From contig CAYZGO010000015.1 in the NCBI GenBank assembly GCA_964478075.1, forward strand, positions 4,715 through 68,714: a stretch of 64,000 nucleotides of DNA. Direction: 5' to 3'. The stretch is from an uncultured Anaerolineales bacterium (GTDB taxonomy: Bacteria > Chloroflexota > Anaerolineae > UBA2200). The position numbers were made by a program, and so were the translations under genes. Shown here piece by piece: positions 48,930 to 58,159 of the stretch; position 1 is the stretch's first letter; every line of letters starts with the position of its first letter. The notes under the pieces are model-generated. The model saw only the letters and a program-made list of their open reading frames with translations. It was not told the DNA's origin and made no database searches.

Positions 48930-49022
48930 ATGAGCCGCGAGAGACTTACTCTGATGCCTCGGCTGTGGAGACGCAATGAAGATCATATTCCCGTCTATTT
49001 CCAAAGTGATCGCACCTGCTGA
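48930..49022 (+). CDS. Possible 30-aa small protein
   Basis: AAGGAAGG RBS, MSRERLTLMPRLWRRNEDHIPVYFQSDRTC*, followed by terminator. Confidence 0.3.
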   Translation: MSRERLTLMPRLWRRNEDHIPVYFQSDRTC

Positions 49023-49028
49023 TGGAAT

Positions 49029-49060
49029 GCAAAAGGACCACCGTATGGCGGTCCTTTTGC
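49029..49060. terminator. Bidirectional intrinsic terminator
   Basis: GCAAAAGGACC-accgtatggc-GGTCCTTTTGC. Confidence 0.8.
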
Positions 49061-49095
49061 GTATTCGGTGCCTACTCTTCGGAGCCGGCTTTGTC

Positions 49096-49245
49096 CTATT
49101 CGTCTTCTTCGGGTTCTTCGGGCAAGTCTTCGTATTCTACCTTTAGCCAAGAGCGCACAGCGCCACAATCAGGGCATTCGCTTGGTGGTTGGCTGCCTTC
49201 GTAGATATAGCCACACTCCGTGCACTCCCACTCGATGATGGGCAT
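49096..49245 (-). CDS. 49-aa rubredoxin-like protein with acidic tail
   Basis: GGAGG RBS; MPIIEWECTECGYIYEGSQPPSECPDCGAVRSWLKVEYEDLPEEPEEDE* with WxCxxCGYIY and CPxCG knuckles. Confidence 0.85.
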   Translation of the reverse strand: MPIIEWECTECGYIYEGSQPPSECPDCGAVRSWLKVEYEDLPEEPEEDE

Positions 49246-49457
49246 TCGGTCTCACCTCCCTTCCTACTGTATTTCTATGGTTTATTCGTAGAGACATCAT
49301 CCAACAAGCTGCAACGCCGTGCGGCTAATGCAAGATGTCAGCCTCCTTTTCAACTGCTGATAGTATCACAGTTTTGGTGAACCTATTGGCAAAATAGGTG
49401 TAATCGAGGAGCAACTTTGGTAAGGTTCTGGTGGACATCAAGACGAGTGAAGTGTAC

Positions 49458-49549
49458 TACTGCTTCGTGCGTAAATTGCTAAACCTCACTGGTGAGATTG
49501 CCGTATAAAAACGGATGTTTGAGTTCAGAGCTTGACGCAGTACCCTGTA
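49458..49549 (-). mobile_element. Dispersed MITE-like element, copy B (92 bp, no nested insert)
   Basis: TACTGCTTCGTGC...GCTAAACCTCACTGGT...GCTTGACGCAGTACCCTGTA. Confidence 0.7.
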
Positions 49550-49644
49550 GTTTGCATTTTCGCCTTTTGTGGCTATCATTTCCCTTGTCAGCAGCCATTG
49601 AGTCCGTGGTGGATCTTTGGAAAGCAAGCCGAGGGGGCATCCCT

Positions 49645-50334
49645 ATGCGAATTCTTATCGTGAACCCCGAGTCTGTTTGGACTCAGCGAATTCGGGCCAG
49701 ATTAGAGCCGACTGGTGCCAGAGTCTGGACGGCTGGCGATTGGAACGGCGCAGTCAAGGCACTGGAAGAGGCTTGGCCTGACATCCTGATCATTGAATCC
49801 CGTCTCTTGCAGAAGGAGGCGGCGACGATATTGCCTGCTCTGAGAGAAGGTGAACGGCTGCCGGTCATTGTACCAACTACGCTTGGGCGCTATCCTGTGG
49901 ATTCCAATGACGTTTCACCGCGCGGCGAGGAAGCGCTGCGCCGCATCGAATTGCTGATCACACGGCTACAGGGCGCTTTCCAGCCCGCTGGCCAACTCAT
50001 CCGGGTGGGTAAACTCACTATTGATGCGGCGCGCAAGGAGGTGATTTTCGCTGCCAGGCGCATACGATTACCTCCTATCCAGTTCCGCTTGGTCCAATAC
50101 CTGGCCCTCAATGCGGAACGCGTGGTGGATCAGCGTGAATTGCTAAGAGAAGTTTGGGGCTATGCGGGCTTGGACAGTGAAGGACGCGATTTGATCAAAA
50201 CCCACGTGCGTCTTGTCCGCCGTAAATTGGGCTGGAGCGATGAAAGCAGCAGCTACCTAAAGTCCGTACGCGGATTTGGGTACATGCTCAGCGTCCCAGC
50301 GCAGGATCAGGTGAGGAAGACCAAGAGACAGTAG
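49645..50334 (+). CDS. Atypical OmpR-type response regulator (degenerate receiver + winged-helix)
   Basis: C-terminal L.L.P.QF.L..YL..N...V.....LL.EVWGY.......K.H.R..R.K...SVRG.GY; receiver has VNPE and DILIIE; ATG 49645. Confidence 0.8.
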   Translation: MRILIVNPESVWTQRIRARLEPTGARVWTAGDWNGAVKALEEAWPDILIIESRLLQKEAATILPALREGERLPVIVPTTLGRYPVDSNDVSPRGEEALRRIELLITRLQGAFQPAGQLIRVGKLTIDAARKEVIFAARRIRLPPIQFRLVQYLALNAERVVDQRELLREVWGYAGLDSEGRDLIKTHVRLVRRKLGWSDESSSYLKSVRGFGYMLSVPAQDQVRKTKRQ

Positions 50335-50647
50335 TCAGGCGTTGTCTATGTGCCAAGCAGGCCAGGGGAAGAGTTACAAAGTGGAGTATGGCATGCGCGA
50401 AGCCGCTTGTGGCGATTCATTGAAGCCCATGTGATGTCATAGCTTTCAACTACACGCTAGCTCGAGACTGAAGAGGCAGTGTGAATCGGGTTTGGGGTCC
50501 CACAGTATCCCCAATACTGATCAATACTGAGGTCAACCCGGACGTTGGAGACGACTGAACAGCAAGGGTATATGATCTGTGCGCAACTTGTCCAACAGCG
50601 CCGGCGGACGCCCGTTATACACAAACTGTCAGGGGGTCTCTGCGGGG

Positions 50648-51208
50648 TCATTCTGTAGCACTGGCGCTTTGGTCCCGCACGGACATCCCACTCAGAAACT
50701 TGTAGAAGCCCTCCAGGTCTTCCACCCAATGCAGATCCGTTTCTACTTCGACCTCTGGTGGGATGCCACTGACTAATGATTTGATCACCACTACAGGTGT
50801 ATTGCCCACCCATTTGGTCCACGCAACCTCGGCGATGGTGCCACAACTCAGGCCAATGCACAGCAATACGTCGGAAAGCTGGCAGATGCGCTCGTGCTGC
50901 TCCGTCCAGCTCAGATCTTCCACCGTCTCATGGCACAAGTGGCGGTAGTCCTCACAGCGAGTCGTGGCGGCCTGTGCGGAAGTTCCACCATGCGGGATGA
51001 TGCCAATCAGCCTGTGGCCGCCTGCAGCATAATAAGACTGGGCGGCCAACAGCGCCACGCCTCGATCGGGTACCAGCACCACAGTGTACCCGCGCTGGGC
51101 CAGTCCCTCTCCCGCTGCCCTAGCTGTACGTTCACAAGCAGCAGGATCAAGTCCGACAGACCTGGAAGTGATATTGATGTCAGTAGGACCAATGATGCCT
51201 ATACGCAT
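50648..51208 (-). CDS. SLOG/LOG-superfamily-like nucleotide-binding protein
   Basis: RIGIIG, G..LA.RG..V, IGIIP, SDVLL.IG.S.GT.AE; ATG 51208. Confidence 0.6.
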   Translation of the reverse strand: MRIGIIGPTDINITSRSVGLDPAACERTARAAGEGLAQRGYTVVLVPDRGVALLAAQSYYAAGGHRLIGIIPHGGTSAQAATTRCEDYRHLCHETVEDLSWTEQHERICQLSDVLLCIGLSCGTIAEVAWTKWVGNTPVVVIKSLVSGIPPEVEVETDLHWVEDLEGFYKFLSGMSVRDQSASATE

Positions 51209-51496
51209 GCTTTGCGCTCCATGTTCCGGGTGGTGCAATCACACACCACAAGGTCAACTCGCTAGATTATCGGCCCGCTGGGGTCAAACCCTTGGCTACT
51301 AGGCCATGAATAGCTCGGTGTTGCTCAACGCGGACGATAGTCCGCGTTCTGGCGGCGGATTGTCATCCGCCGGGAGCGTAGGCCCCACGCTGCAAGTGCA
51401 GAAGAACCTGACAGGCATCTTGCACCAGAACCAGATTAACGCCACCTTGGTCCGTTTGGCAAAGCTCAGGCGCACCACAAAGCACACGGACACGCA

Positions 51497-54070
51497 CTAG
51501 TGAGCTGGGTATTCAAAGAAGGTGCTGTCGGCGAACAGAGCATAGATGATGTCACGAGCACCTGACATAATCAATTGCCCGTGTTCAAAGACCTGCCATT
51601 CGTTGGTATGGCCACGCTCGTCATCAGTAGCCCAACCCAGTCCTTCTTTGACGCCTTCCTCTTTGCACCATACGAGGCCAAACCCACGCTTGGGCTGCAG
51701 CAGGCTGCCAGGGGGAGAGGTCTCACAACTATACTCTGGCATGCCCTCGTGCCAGCGATCAGAAAAGCTACGCCACACACCATCGTTGTAGAAGACAAAG
51801 ACGGTACGGTCAGCCTCGCGCCAAAGCATGTGGCCGCGTTCGAAGGCCTGTTCTGCCATAAGGCTGCCTTGCATCTCTTCCGCTGGGCAACCCAGGCCAA
51901 AGCGCAGGCTCGTGTCGCCAGCCCAGTATGGCTCGAAGGGGCGGCCAGGAACTAAATCACATGAGGGCTCTACCATAACAGCCACAGTGGGGCTGGGTTC
52001 AGGATGCGGTGTCAGCGTAGGCCAGGGCGTCGGCGTGTAGGTAGGCGTGGGGGTTGGCGGCGGCGGCAATGTCATGTCACGGAACACGTGCACTGTGCCT
52101 CGCTGTGCATCGGAGAGGTAAACGTACCCACGCTGGGCGTCCACAGTCAGCTCGTACCCGTCAGCAACTCCAGGTTCACCCTGCAGCCCCAATCTGGCCA
52201 CCGTGCCCAATCCACGGCTATCAAGTACCAACAACTCAGTACCGGGCTCGACAGCCGGATCCGGTGCGTAGGTGAGGCAAATAAAGATGTGATGCGTCTT
52301 TGGGTTGTAGGCCAGGGCTGCTGGATACTTGGGCAAAGCCAAGGCAGCGGTCCGTTCGAGGCTGCTGGCATCGTTGACGATTAGCTTGTAATACCCCATG
52401 CGCACCGCCGAGGAGAAGATGCGCTGGCCCTGTGGATCAACCACCAGACCGGTCATGCTCAGACCACCTACCTGACCTTTGAGGAGTTCACCGCTCCTCA
52501 GATCCACGACATACACAATGAAGCCACCGTTGGAACCCGGCGTGCCGTTCGAAGCCACCATGTAGGCGCGTCCAGCTCTGGGATCAACCTGAATGTGAAC
52601 AGGCTTGACTGCAAAACCGTAGATGGTTAGCAACTCAGTGCGTCGCAGCAAGCGCTGGCTATCCGCATCGAGTACTGCGTCGCTGACATACAACTGACCA
52701 GTTTCGGGCGCTATGGCCAGGCCCTGTGGCAACCGTCCAACCTCTATTGTCCTGATGATGCTATTATCGCGCGTAGAGACGAGCGTCAGGTCGCCACCGA
52801 CATAGTTCAATACAAACAGCGTATCTCCATCGGGACTCAGGGCTACCTCCATAGGGTGTAGACCCACGGCTATCTCATCAACGAGTCGCTCGCCCTCTAG
52901 GACGAACACACTATTCGTGCTGGCACAAGCAACGTACAAGCGTCCTGTGTCAGGATGTACAGCCATGCCACGTGGTATTATGCTCAGCGGCACAACCTGC
53001 AGCAAACGGTTGCTCTCGCTGTCAATGACCGCCACGTTGTCGCTGTTCGAATTGGCAACATATACCTCGCCATCTTTCCCCAAAGCCACGCCAAGAGGAC
53101 GCAAGCCCAAGGGGACTGTCGCTACGAGCCGCAGAGTGTTCCCATCAATGACCGACACGTCGCTGGTCCAGGAATTGGCCACGTAGATGCGCCCGTTGCG
53201 CGGGTCAATAGCCATGCCACGTGGGTCGCCGCCAATGGGCGTGCGCCCCAGTTGCTCCCGTCCCAGGGCATCATAGGCGACCAGGTATTGGTGGAGGCCA
53301 TAAGTGTCGTCACTCGTGTCATATTCGTTGATAAAGAAACGCTCGGATGTGGGATCAGTCCCAAGCGTCACGTAGGCATCATGTTCAAGCGCAGCGATGA
53401 CGGTCAAATCCCTCAAGTCCACGATTTGCACACTGTTGTAGACACTGGCATACAGCAGATTGGTCACCGGATTCGCTGCCAAGGCCAGTATGCCAATGGA
53501 GGCCTCAAGAGGCACGGTGGCAATACGTTCACCTGAAACGCCGTCCAGTACAGCGAGAGCATTCTCGCCACGCCCACCTACATAGAGACGACCATCCAGG
53601 ACTACCAGACAGGCCGGGTTCTTGGGCGCAGGCACCGTTTTGACGACATGATAGCCAGAGATGATAGAGACAGAATCCTCTCCCTCGTTGGCCACGTACA
53701 GCAGACCAGTCTCAGGGTCTGTTGCCAGGGCAACTGGCGCATCACCCACGGCGATCACTTCGACCACCTCATTGTCTTCAATCACTGAGACGTTGTCAGT
53801 GCTGCGATTGGCCACGTACACGCGGCCATCAAGCACAGCGATAGCCTGTGGATTGTGGCCCACACCTGGCAAAGTACGCAGCGTGATCTCGCCTACAGAC
53901 TGCGGCTTGCTGGGCAAAGTCGGCGAGGGCGGAATTGTTGCCGCAGGCGATGGAGTTGCCACTCTTGCGAGTGGCGTAGGCGTAGGTGTCAAAGGCGCCG
54001 GAGCGCAGGCCCCCGCAGACAACGCCAGAGCTAACGCTAGTAGTATGCACGCAAATGCTCGAACTCTCAT
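51497..54070 (-). CDS. YVTN-type beta-propeller lipoprotein with Pro/Thr linker and extra C-terminal domain
   Basis: Lipobox SAGAC, repeated (L/V)YVAN...D.VSVID...VG..P units, C-terminal LGCP...EQ.FERG.M.W domain. Confidence 0.8.
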   Translation of the reverse strand: MRVRAFACILLALALALSAGACAPAPLTPTPTPLARVATPSPAATIPPSPTLPSKPQSVGEITLRTLPGVGHNPQAIAVLDGRVYVANRSTDNVSVIEDNEVVEVIAVGDAPVALATDPETGLLYVANEGEDSVSIISGYHVVKTVPAPKNPACLVVLDGRLYVGGRGENALAVLDGVSGERIATVPLEASIGILALAANPVTNLLYASVYNSVQIVDLRDLTVIAALEHDAYVTLGTDPTSERFFINEYDTSDDTYGLHQYLVAYDALGREQLGRTPIGGDPRGMAIDPRNGRIYVANSWTSDVSVIDGNTLRLVATVPLGLRPLGVALGKDGEVYVANSNSDNVAVIDSESNRLLQVVPLSIIPRGMAVHPDTGRLYVACASTNSVFVLEGERLVDEIAVGLHPMEVALSPDGDTLFVLNYVGGDLTLVSTRDNSIIRTIEVGRLPQGLAIAPETGQLYVSDAVLDADSQRLLRRTELLTIYGFAVKPVHIQVDPRAGRAYMVASNGTPGSNGGFIVYVVDLRSGELLKGQVGGLSMTGLVVDPQGQRIFSSAVRMGYYKLIVNDASSLERTAALALPKYPAALAYNPKTHHIFICLTYAPDPAVEPGTELLVLDSRGLGTVARLGLQGEPGVADGYELTVDAQRGYVYLSDAQRGTVHVFRDMTLPPPPTPTPTYTPTPWPTLTPHPEPSPTVAVMVEPSCDLVPGRPFEPYWAGDTSLRFGLGCPAEEMQGSLMAEQAFERGHMLWREADRTVFVFYNDGVWRSFSDRWHEGMPEYSCETSPPGSLLQPKRGFGLVWCKEEGVKEGLGWATDDERGHTNEWQVFEHGQLIMSGARDIIYALFADSTFFEYPAH

Positions 54071-54084
54071 TTCTTGCTTTCTTT

Positions 54085-55035
54085 CTACGGACGTAACAGT
54101 ACTTTCAAAGTGCCCTTGGCTCGCGCATGCTCGAAAGCAGGCAGGCCTTCGTCCAATGGATAAGTGGCCGCGATGAGCGATTCCACATCCACCAGCTTCA
54201 TGGCTAACAGGCGCAACGCCGGGGCAAACGGGCCACAGCGTGAACCTATCAGGTTCACCTCGTCCACGACAATGGACGTCAAATTCACTTCGCTCTGACC
54301 TTTAAACGTACTTTTCAGCACCAAAGTTCCCCTCGGCTTCACCATGGCTCGGGCCGAGACAAAGCCAGCCGGCTGGCCAGTGCAATCCACAACCACGTCA
54401 GCTTTGATGTCCATGTCTGCGGCAGCGAGATGGGTCGGGATGCCCTGACGCTCAAGGATAGACAGCTTGGCCGCGTGCCGGCCCACGGCAACGAGATCAC
54501 ACCCGGTCAGGCGCATCACCTGGGCCACCAGCAAGCCCAGCTTGCCGTCACCCAGCACAACGACACGCTGTGTGGGCCGAACGTGGACCTGTTCGAGTAT
54601 CTCCAGAGCTGCCGCCAGCGGCTCGGTGAATACAGCCTGCTCATCAGACATGCTGTCCGGCACGAGGTGCAAATTGCGTGTGGGCAGCACGCAGTAGTCG
54701 GCCATTGCCCCGTCACGCCCCCAGATTCCCAGGGTGGTACGCTGGGGACAGTGTGTGGGATTACCAGCTAGGCAGGTGGGACACGTACCACAGTAGCAGT
54801 TGATTTCCCCCACCACTCGCCGACCGACCATGGCAGGATCCTCACAGCGCTCCACCACACCCACGAACTCGTGTCCCAGGACACCGTGGAAACCCATGTA
54901 CCCGCGAGTGATCTCCAGGTCCGTGTTGCAGATGCCAACCAGCGTCATACGCAACAGGGCCTCTCCCGGGGGAGGGGAAGGCTGTGCATAGTCGTTCACC
55001 AACCTCAACTGGCCGTCGTAAAGCAGAGCACGCAT
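54085..55035 (-). CDS. Zinc-dependent medium-chain alcohol dehydrogenase
   Basis: GICNTD, GHE, CYCGTCPTC...C, GDGKLG; ATG 55035. Confidence 0.9.
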   Translation of the reverse strand: MRALLYDGQLRLVNDYAQPSPPPGEALLRMTLVGICNTDLEITRGYMGFHGVLGHEFVGVVERCEDPAMVGRRVVGEINCYCGTCPTCLAGNPTHCPQRTTLGIWGRDGAMADYCVLPTRNLHLVPDSMSDEQAVFTEPLAAALEILEQVHVRPTQRVVVLGDGKLGLLVAQVMRLTGCDLVAVGRHAAKLSILERQGIPTHLAAADMDIKADVVVDCTGQPAGFVSARAMVKPRGTLVLKSTFKGQSEVNLTSIVVDEVNLIGSRCGPFAPALRLLAMKLVDVESLIAATYPLDEGLPAFEHARAKGTLKVLLRP

Positions 55036-55082
55036 ACCGTCATTCCTCAATTGCTATTGCACCCGATTATAACACGAACAAA

Positions 55083-55119
55083 AGTAAAGAAAAAGCCCGG
55101 CTCGCCGAGAACCGGGCTC
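55083..55119 (-). terminator. Intrinsic terminator after secF
   Basis: Minus strand AGCCCGG-loop-CCGGGCT followed by TTTTTCTTTACTT. Confidence 0.75.
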
Positions 55120-55133
55120 GTGTGCTCGGACAC

Positions 55134-56075
55134 TCACGCGCTCGCGCGCGAGCGGCCAAACAGGCGACGGAAAAAGCCGCCAATCTCCCCCTTCTCCCAG
55201 ACTACGAGAAGTGGTACGGCCGTGAAAATAGACGAATACGTACCGCTGATCAGTCCAATCAACAACGTGGCGATGAATTGTCGGATGGTTGCTCCCCCGA
55301 AGAAGAGAACAGCTACCAGGATAAAGATGGCGTTCAACTGTGTGGCCAGTGAACGGTGTAATGTCTCCAGCAGACTGCGGTTGACGACCAGTTCGTAGGG
55401 CTCACCACGGCGCCTGGGGATATTCTCGCGGATGCGGTCGAACACCACTATGGTGTCCTGCACCGAATAGCCAGTCACGGTGAGCATAGCAGTAAGGAAC
55501 AGGGCATCTGCCTCCCAACCCAACAGCAGGCCCAGAATAGAGAAGGCCCCCATGGTGACCAGCACATCGTGTAGTGTCGCTGCGCTGGCGCAGACACCAT
55601 AGCGCAGAGCGTTTGGCACCTTCCGCCACGCGAACATGATGAAAGCCATAATCACGAGAGCTGCAGCTACGATAGCAATTGTTGCGCTGCGCGTGACTTC
55701 TCGCCCTACGGTCGGTCCCACCTGCTCGAACCGCAACTCTGTCAGCGGGCCAAACCTGGCACTCAACTCGGTCTGAAGAATGGCCTTCTCGCCCTCTCCC
55801 AGCTCTTTGGAGCGGATCAACACTGTTTTCTCATCCAAGGTCGTCTGCACGGTGGTATCGCCGTAGCCATGCTCGACGAAAACCTGACGGACCTCGGTAG
55901 GCAGGACAGCCTGCTCGAAAGTCAACTCCATTAGAGCACCGCCGGTGAAGTCAATGCTCAGGCGCAGAGGAGTGCCAAGGCGCACAGTAGAAATGATCAT
56001 GGCAATGAGGCCCGATATGATGATCAGGGCCGATATCAGAAAGTACCAATATCGTTTTCCAACAATATCTGTCAT
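55134..56075 (-). CDS. secF: Protein translocase subunit SecF
   Basis: SIDFTGG, VGPTVG, GYSVQDTIVVFDRIRE, G.ISGTYSSIF; ATG 56075. Confidence 0.95.
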   Translation of the reverse strand: MTDIVGKRYWYFLISALIIISGLIAMIISTVRLGTPLRLSIDFTGGALMELTFEQAVLPTEVRQVFVEHGYGDTTVQTTLDEKTVLIRSKELGEGEKAILQTELSARFGPLTELRFEQVGPTVGREVTRSATIAIVAAALVIMAFIMFAWRKVPNALRYGVCASAATLHDVLVTMGAFSILGLLLGWEADALFLTAMLTVTGYSVQDTIVVFDRIRENIPRRRGEPYELVVNRSLLETLHRSLATQLNAIFILVAVLFFGGATIRQFIATLLIGLISGTYSSIFTAVPLLVVWEKGEIGGFFRRLFGRSRASA

Positions 56076-56118
56076 AAGTCCTCCCGGGGGCAGGAACAAC
56101 AGCCCTAGCCCGTCGATG

Positions 56119-57612
56119 CTAGAGACCAATCAGCCACTTGCGGTCGCGCAGGCTCTCGCCACCAATGGTGTATAGCAGGCGGATAATTGTGCGTGTGACA
56201 GTGATGGCAGTGAACATGCTGACCAACACGCCCAGAAACAGTGTAACCGCAAATCCCTTCACCATGCTCGCGCCAAAATTAGAGCCAAACCAGTACAGGA
56301 TTGCACACATAATCAGCGTTGAAAGGTTCGAATCGCGGATAGAAGTCCACGCGCGGGCGAAGCCGGCCTGAATTGCTGAACTGAAGCGTTTCCCCTGACG
56401 CAACTCCTCTTTCATACGCTCAAAAATCAGGATATTCGCATCCACAGCAGTGCCCACTGAAAACAGAAAGCCCGCCACACCAGCCAAAGTCAATGTCACT
56501 GGAATCAACTTGAACAAGGCGAAAGTGACCAGGGCATAGATCAGCAGCGCGATGTCAGCTACGACGCCGTGCAGACGATAGTAAACCAGCATGAACAGCA
56601 GAACAATGATCACACCAATGATGCCCGCCCGGGTGCTCTTGGCTACTGAGTCCTGCCCCAGAGTCGGGCCCACAGTGCGATTTTGGATGACCTTCAAGGG
56701 AACGGGCAACGCGCCGTAGCGCAGTTGAATCACGATGCTGCGTGCCGCGGCCAGTTTAAAGTCGCCAGTGATGCGGCCCGTGCTCTCCGTAATAGCAGTC
56801 TCGATGCGCGGGCAAGAGATGATCACGCCATCCATAACAATGGCCAAGTAGCGCCCGACACTGGCCGTGGTGTGCGCTGCAAAGATCTGGCCGCCGTCTT
56901 CCGTAAGCTTGAAATTGATCTCCGGCCGGCCGTATTCATCCTGCCCGACCTGCGCCGTCTCCAGGTGCTGTCCAGTGATGACCGTGTGGTAGATGCGCTT
57001 TCGGGGGGTTGGCGTTGGCGTAGGTTCCAGCTCAGCAGTCGTCGTCGGGGAAACGACGCCTGCAGGAGTCGTGGCAGGCGTGAGTGTAGGCGTTAGCGTC
57101 GCCGTAGCCCAAGGGGTGTCGGTTGCCGTGGGCACGGGGGTAGGAGTCTCAATGCCGAATTCACCGCTCTCCTGAAAGCTGCTGTTGACCTCTGTGCCAG
57201 GGGGAAGAAAAGTGTTGCCAGCATCTATGAATTCCAACAGGCCTGTCTGGCGAAAGGTGGCAATGGCCTGATCAGGGTCTTGGACGCCAGGTAACTCTAC
57301 AACAATCCGGTCAGAGCCTGCCAACTGCACAAGCGGTTCTGCCACACCCAGGCCATTGACACGATTCTCCACGATGGCCTTCGCGGCACTCATAGTATCA
57401 GCATCCAACACTTGCCCTTGAGGCAAATCCGCCTCAAGCACCACCTGCATGCCACCCTGCAGATCGAGGCCACGACGCACCTCGATGTCTCGATCAATAT
57501 TGATCGGCCCAAAGTGAATGTGCAGGCCAGGGTTAGTAGGCAACACTACCCAGATAGCTATGCCCGTCAGAAGAACGATGAGCATCAGCAAAGTCATATC
57601 GCGTTGCTGCAT
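56119..57612 (-). CDS. secD: Protein translocase subunit SecD
   Basis: GLDLQGG, RVNGLGV.EP, LRYGALP, VGPTLG, AVDANILIFER; ATG 57612. Confidence 0.95.
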   Translation of the reverse strand: MQQRDMTLLMLIVLLTGIAIWVVLPTNPGLHIHFGPINIDRDIEVRRGLDLQGGMQVVLEADLPQGQVLDADTMSAAKAIVENRVNGLGVAEPLVQLAGSDRIVVELPGVQDPDQAIATFRQTGLLEFIDAGNTFLPPGTEVNSSFQESGEFGIETPTPVPTATDTPWATATLTPTLTPATTPAGVVSPTTTAELEPTPTPTPRKRIYHTVITGQHLETAQVGQDEYGRPEINFKLTEDGGQIFAAHTTASVGRYLAIVMDGVIISCPRIETAITESTGRITGDFKLAAARSIVIQLRYGALPVPLKVIQNRTVGPTLGQDSVAKSTRAGIIGVIIVLLFMLVYYRLHGVVADIALLIYALVTFALFKLIPVTLTLAGVAGFLFSVGTAVDANILIFERMKEELRQGKRFSSAIQAGFARAWTSIRDSNLSTLIMCAILYWFGSNFGASMVKGFAVTLFLGVLVSMFTAITVTRTIIRLLYTIGGESLRDRKWLIGL

Positions 57613-57706
57613 GAACTGTTTCCTCCAAGGCCTTGGTAAGGCAAATAACAGCCACACCCGGCATGGGTGTGGCCGGCGCGCACTTGGTTCGCTTATATTG
57701 CTGGAT

Positions 57707-57759
57707 TACAGAGTACTGCACAAGGATGCAAACTGACAAGCTCCGGTTCCAACGCAGTA
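57707..57759 (+). repeat. Short relative of the MITE-like family
   Basis: TACAGAGTACTGC...ACGCAGTA, same ends, different interior. Confidence 0.45.
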
Positions 57760-57769
57760 TATGCCATCC

Positions 57770-58141
57770 TCACGCATCTGTCAAATTACGCGCTTTTTGG
57801 GGCTTATAATGCGCCAGGAACTTGGTGACCTGCTTCAGCACCTGGGACTTGGTGAGGTCATCAGTCATGACATAGAGGTCGCAGTGAGCCCGCGCATGAG
57901 CCAGGCGTCGCCGCTGTTCCTCCACACATCCTACCACGTAGTGACGGCATCCGCGGCGATATACTACCTCTTCGCTAGCATCCAGATAGATGAGCACGTC
58001 AGGGCGAGACATCACCTGCCACATGTAGGGAACCCCGGAATGCTCCTGAACACACTCACGCACTTGGTGGCCCAGACGGCGCAGCCCTTGCGCTAGCGTT
58101 GTCTTGCCAGTGCCACATATCCCTACCAGGACTACACGCAT
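57770..58141 (-). CDS. Small P-loop kinase-like protein
   Basis: VVLVGICGTGKTT Walker A; PDVLIYLDAS nucleoside-monophosphate-kinase-like strand. Confidence 0.65.
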   Translation of the reverse strand: MRVVLVGICGTGKTTLAQGLRRLGHQVRECVQEHSGVPYMWQVMSRPDVLIYLDASEEVVYRRGCRHYVVGCVEEQRRRLAHARAHCDLYVMTDDLTKSQVLKQVTKFLAHYKPQKARNLTDA

Positions 58142-58159
58142 GGCTGCACAAGTCTTTCC

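Noticed and set aside
49378-49407. Second TGAACC...GTGTA ECF-like promoter
   Set aside because: Spacer is 14 bp versus 17 bp at the sigma gene; the site is better read as an inverted repeat
50533-50595. Short minus-strand frame LDKLRTDHIPLLFS resembling EDHIPVYFQ of the 48930 sORF
   Set aside because: A four-residue match with no RBS; consistent with chance
51306-51500. 64-aa plus-strand ORF in the SLOG/YVTN gap
   Set aside because: Overlaps hairpin repeats, weak RBS, no motif
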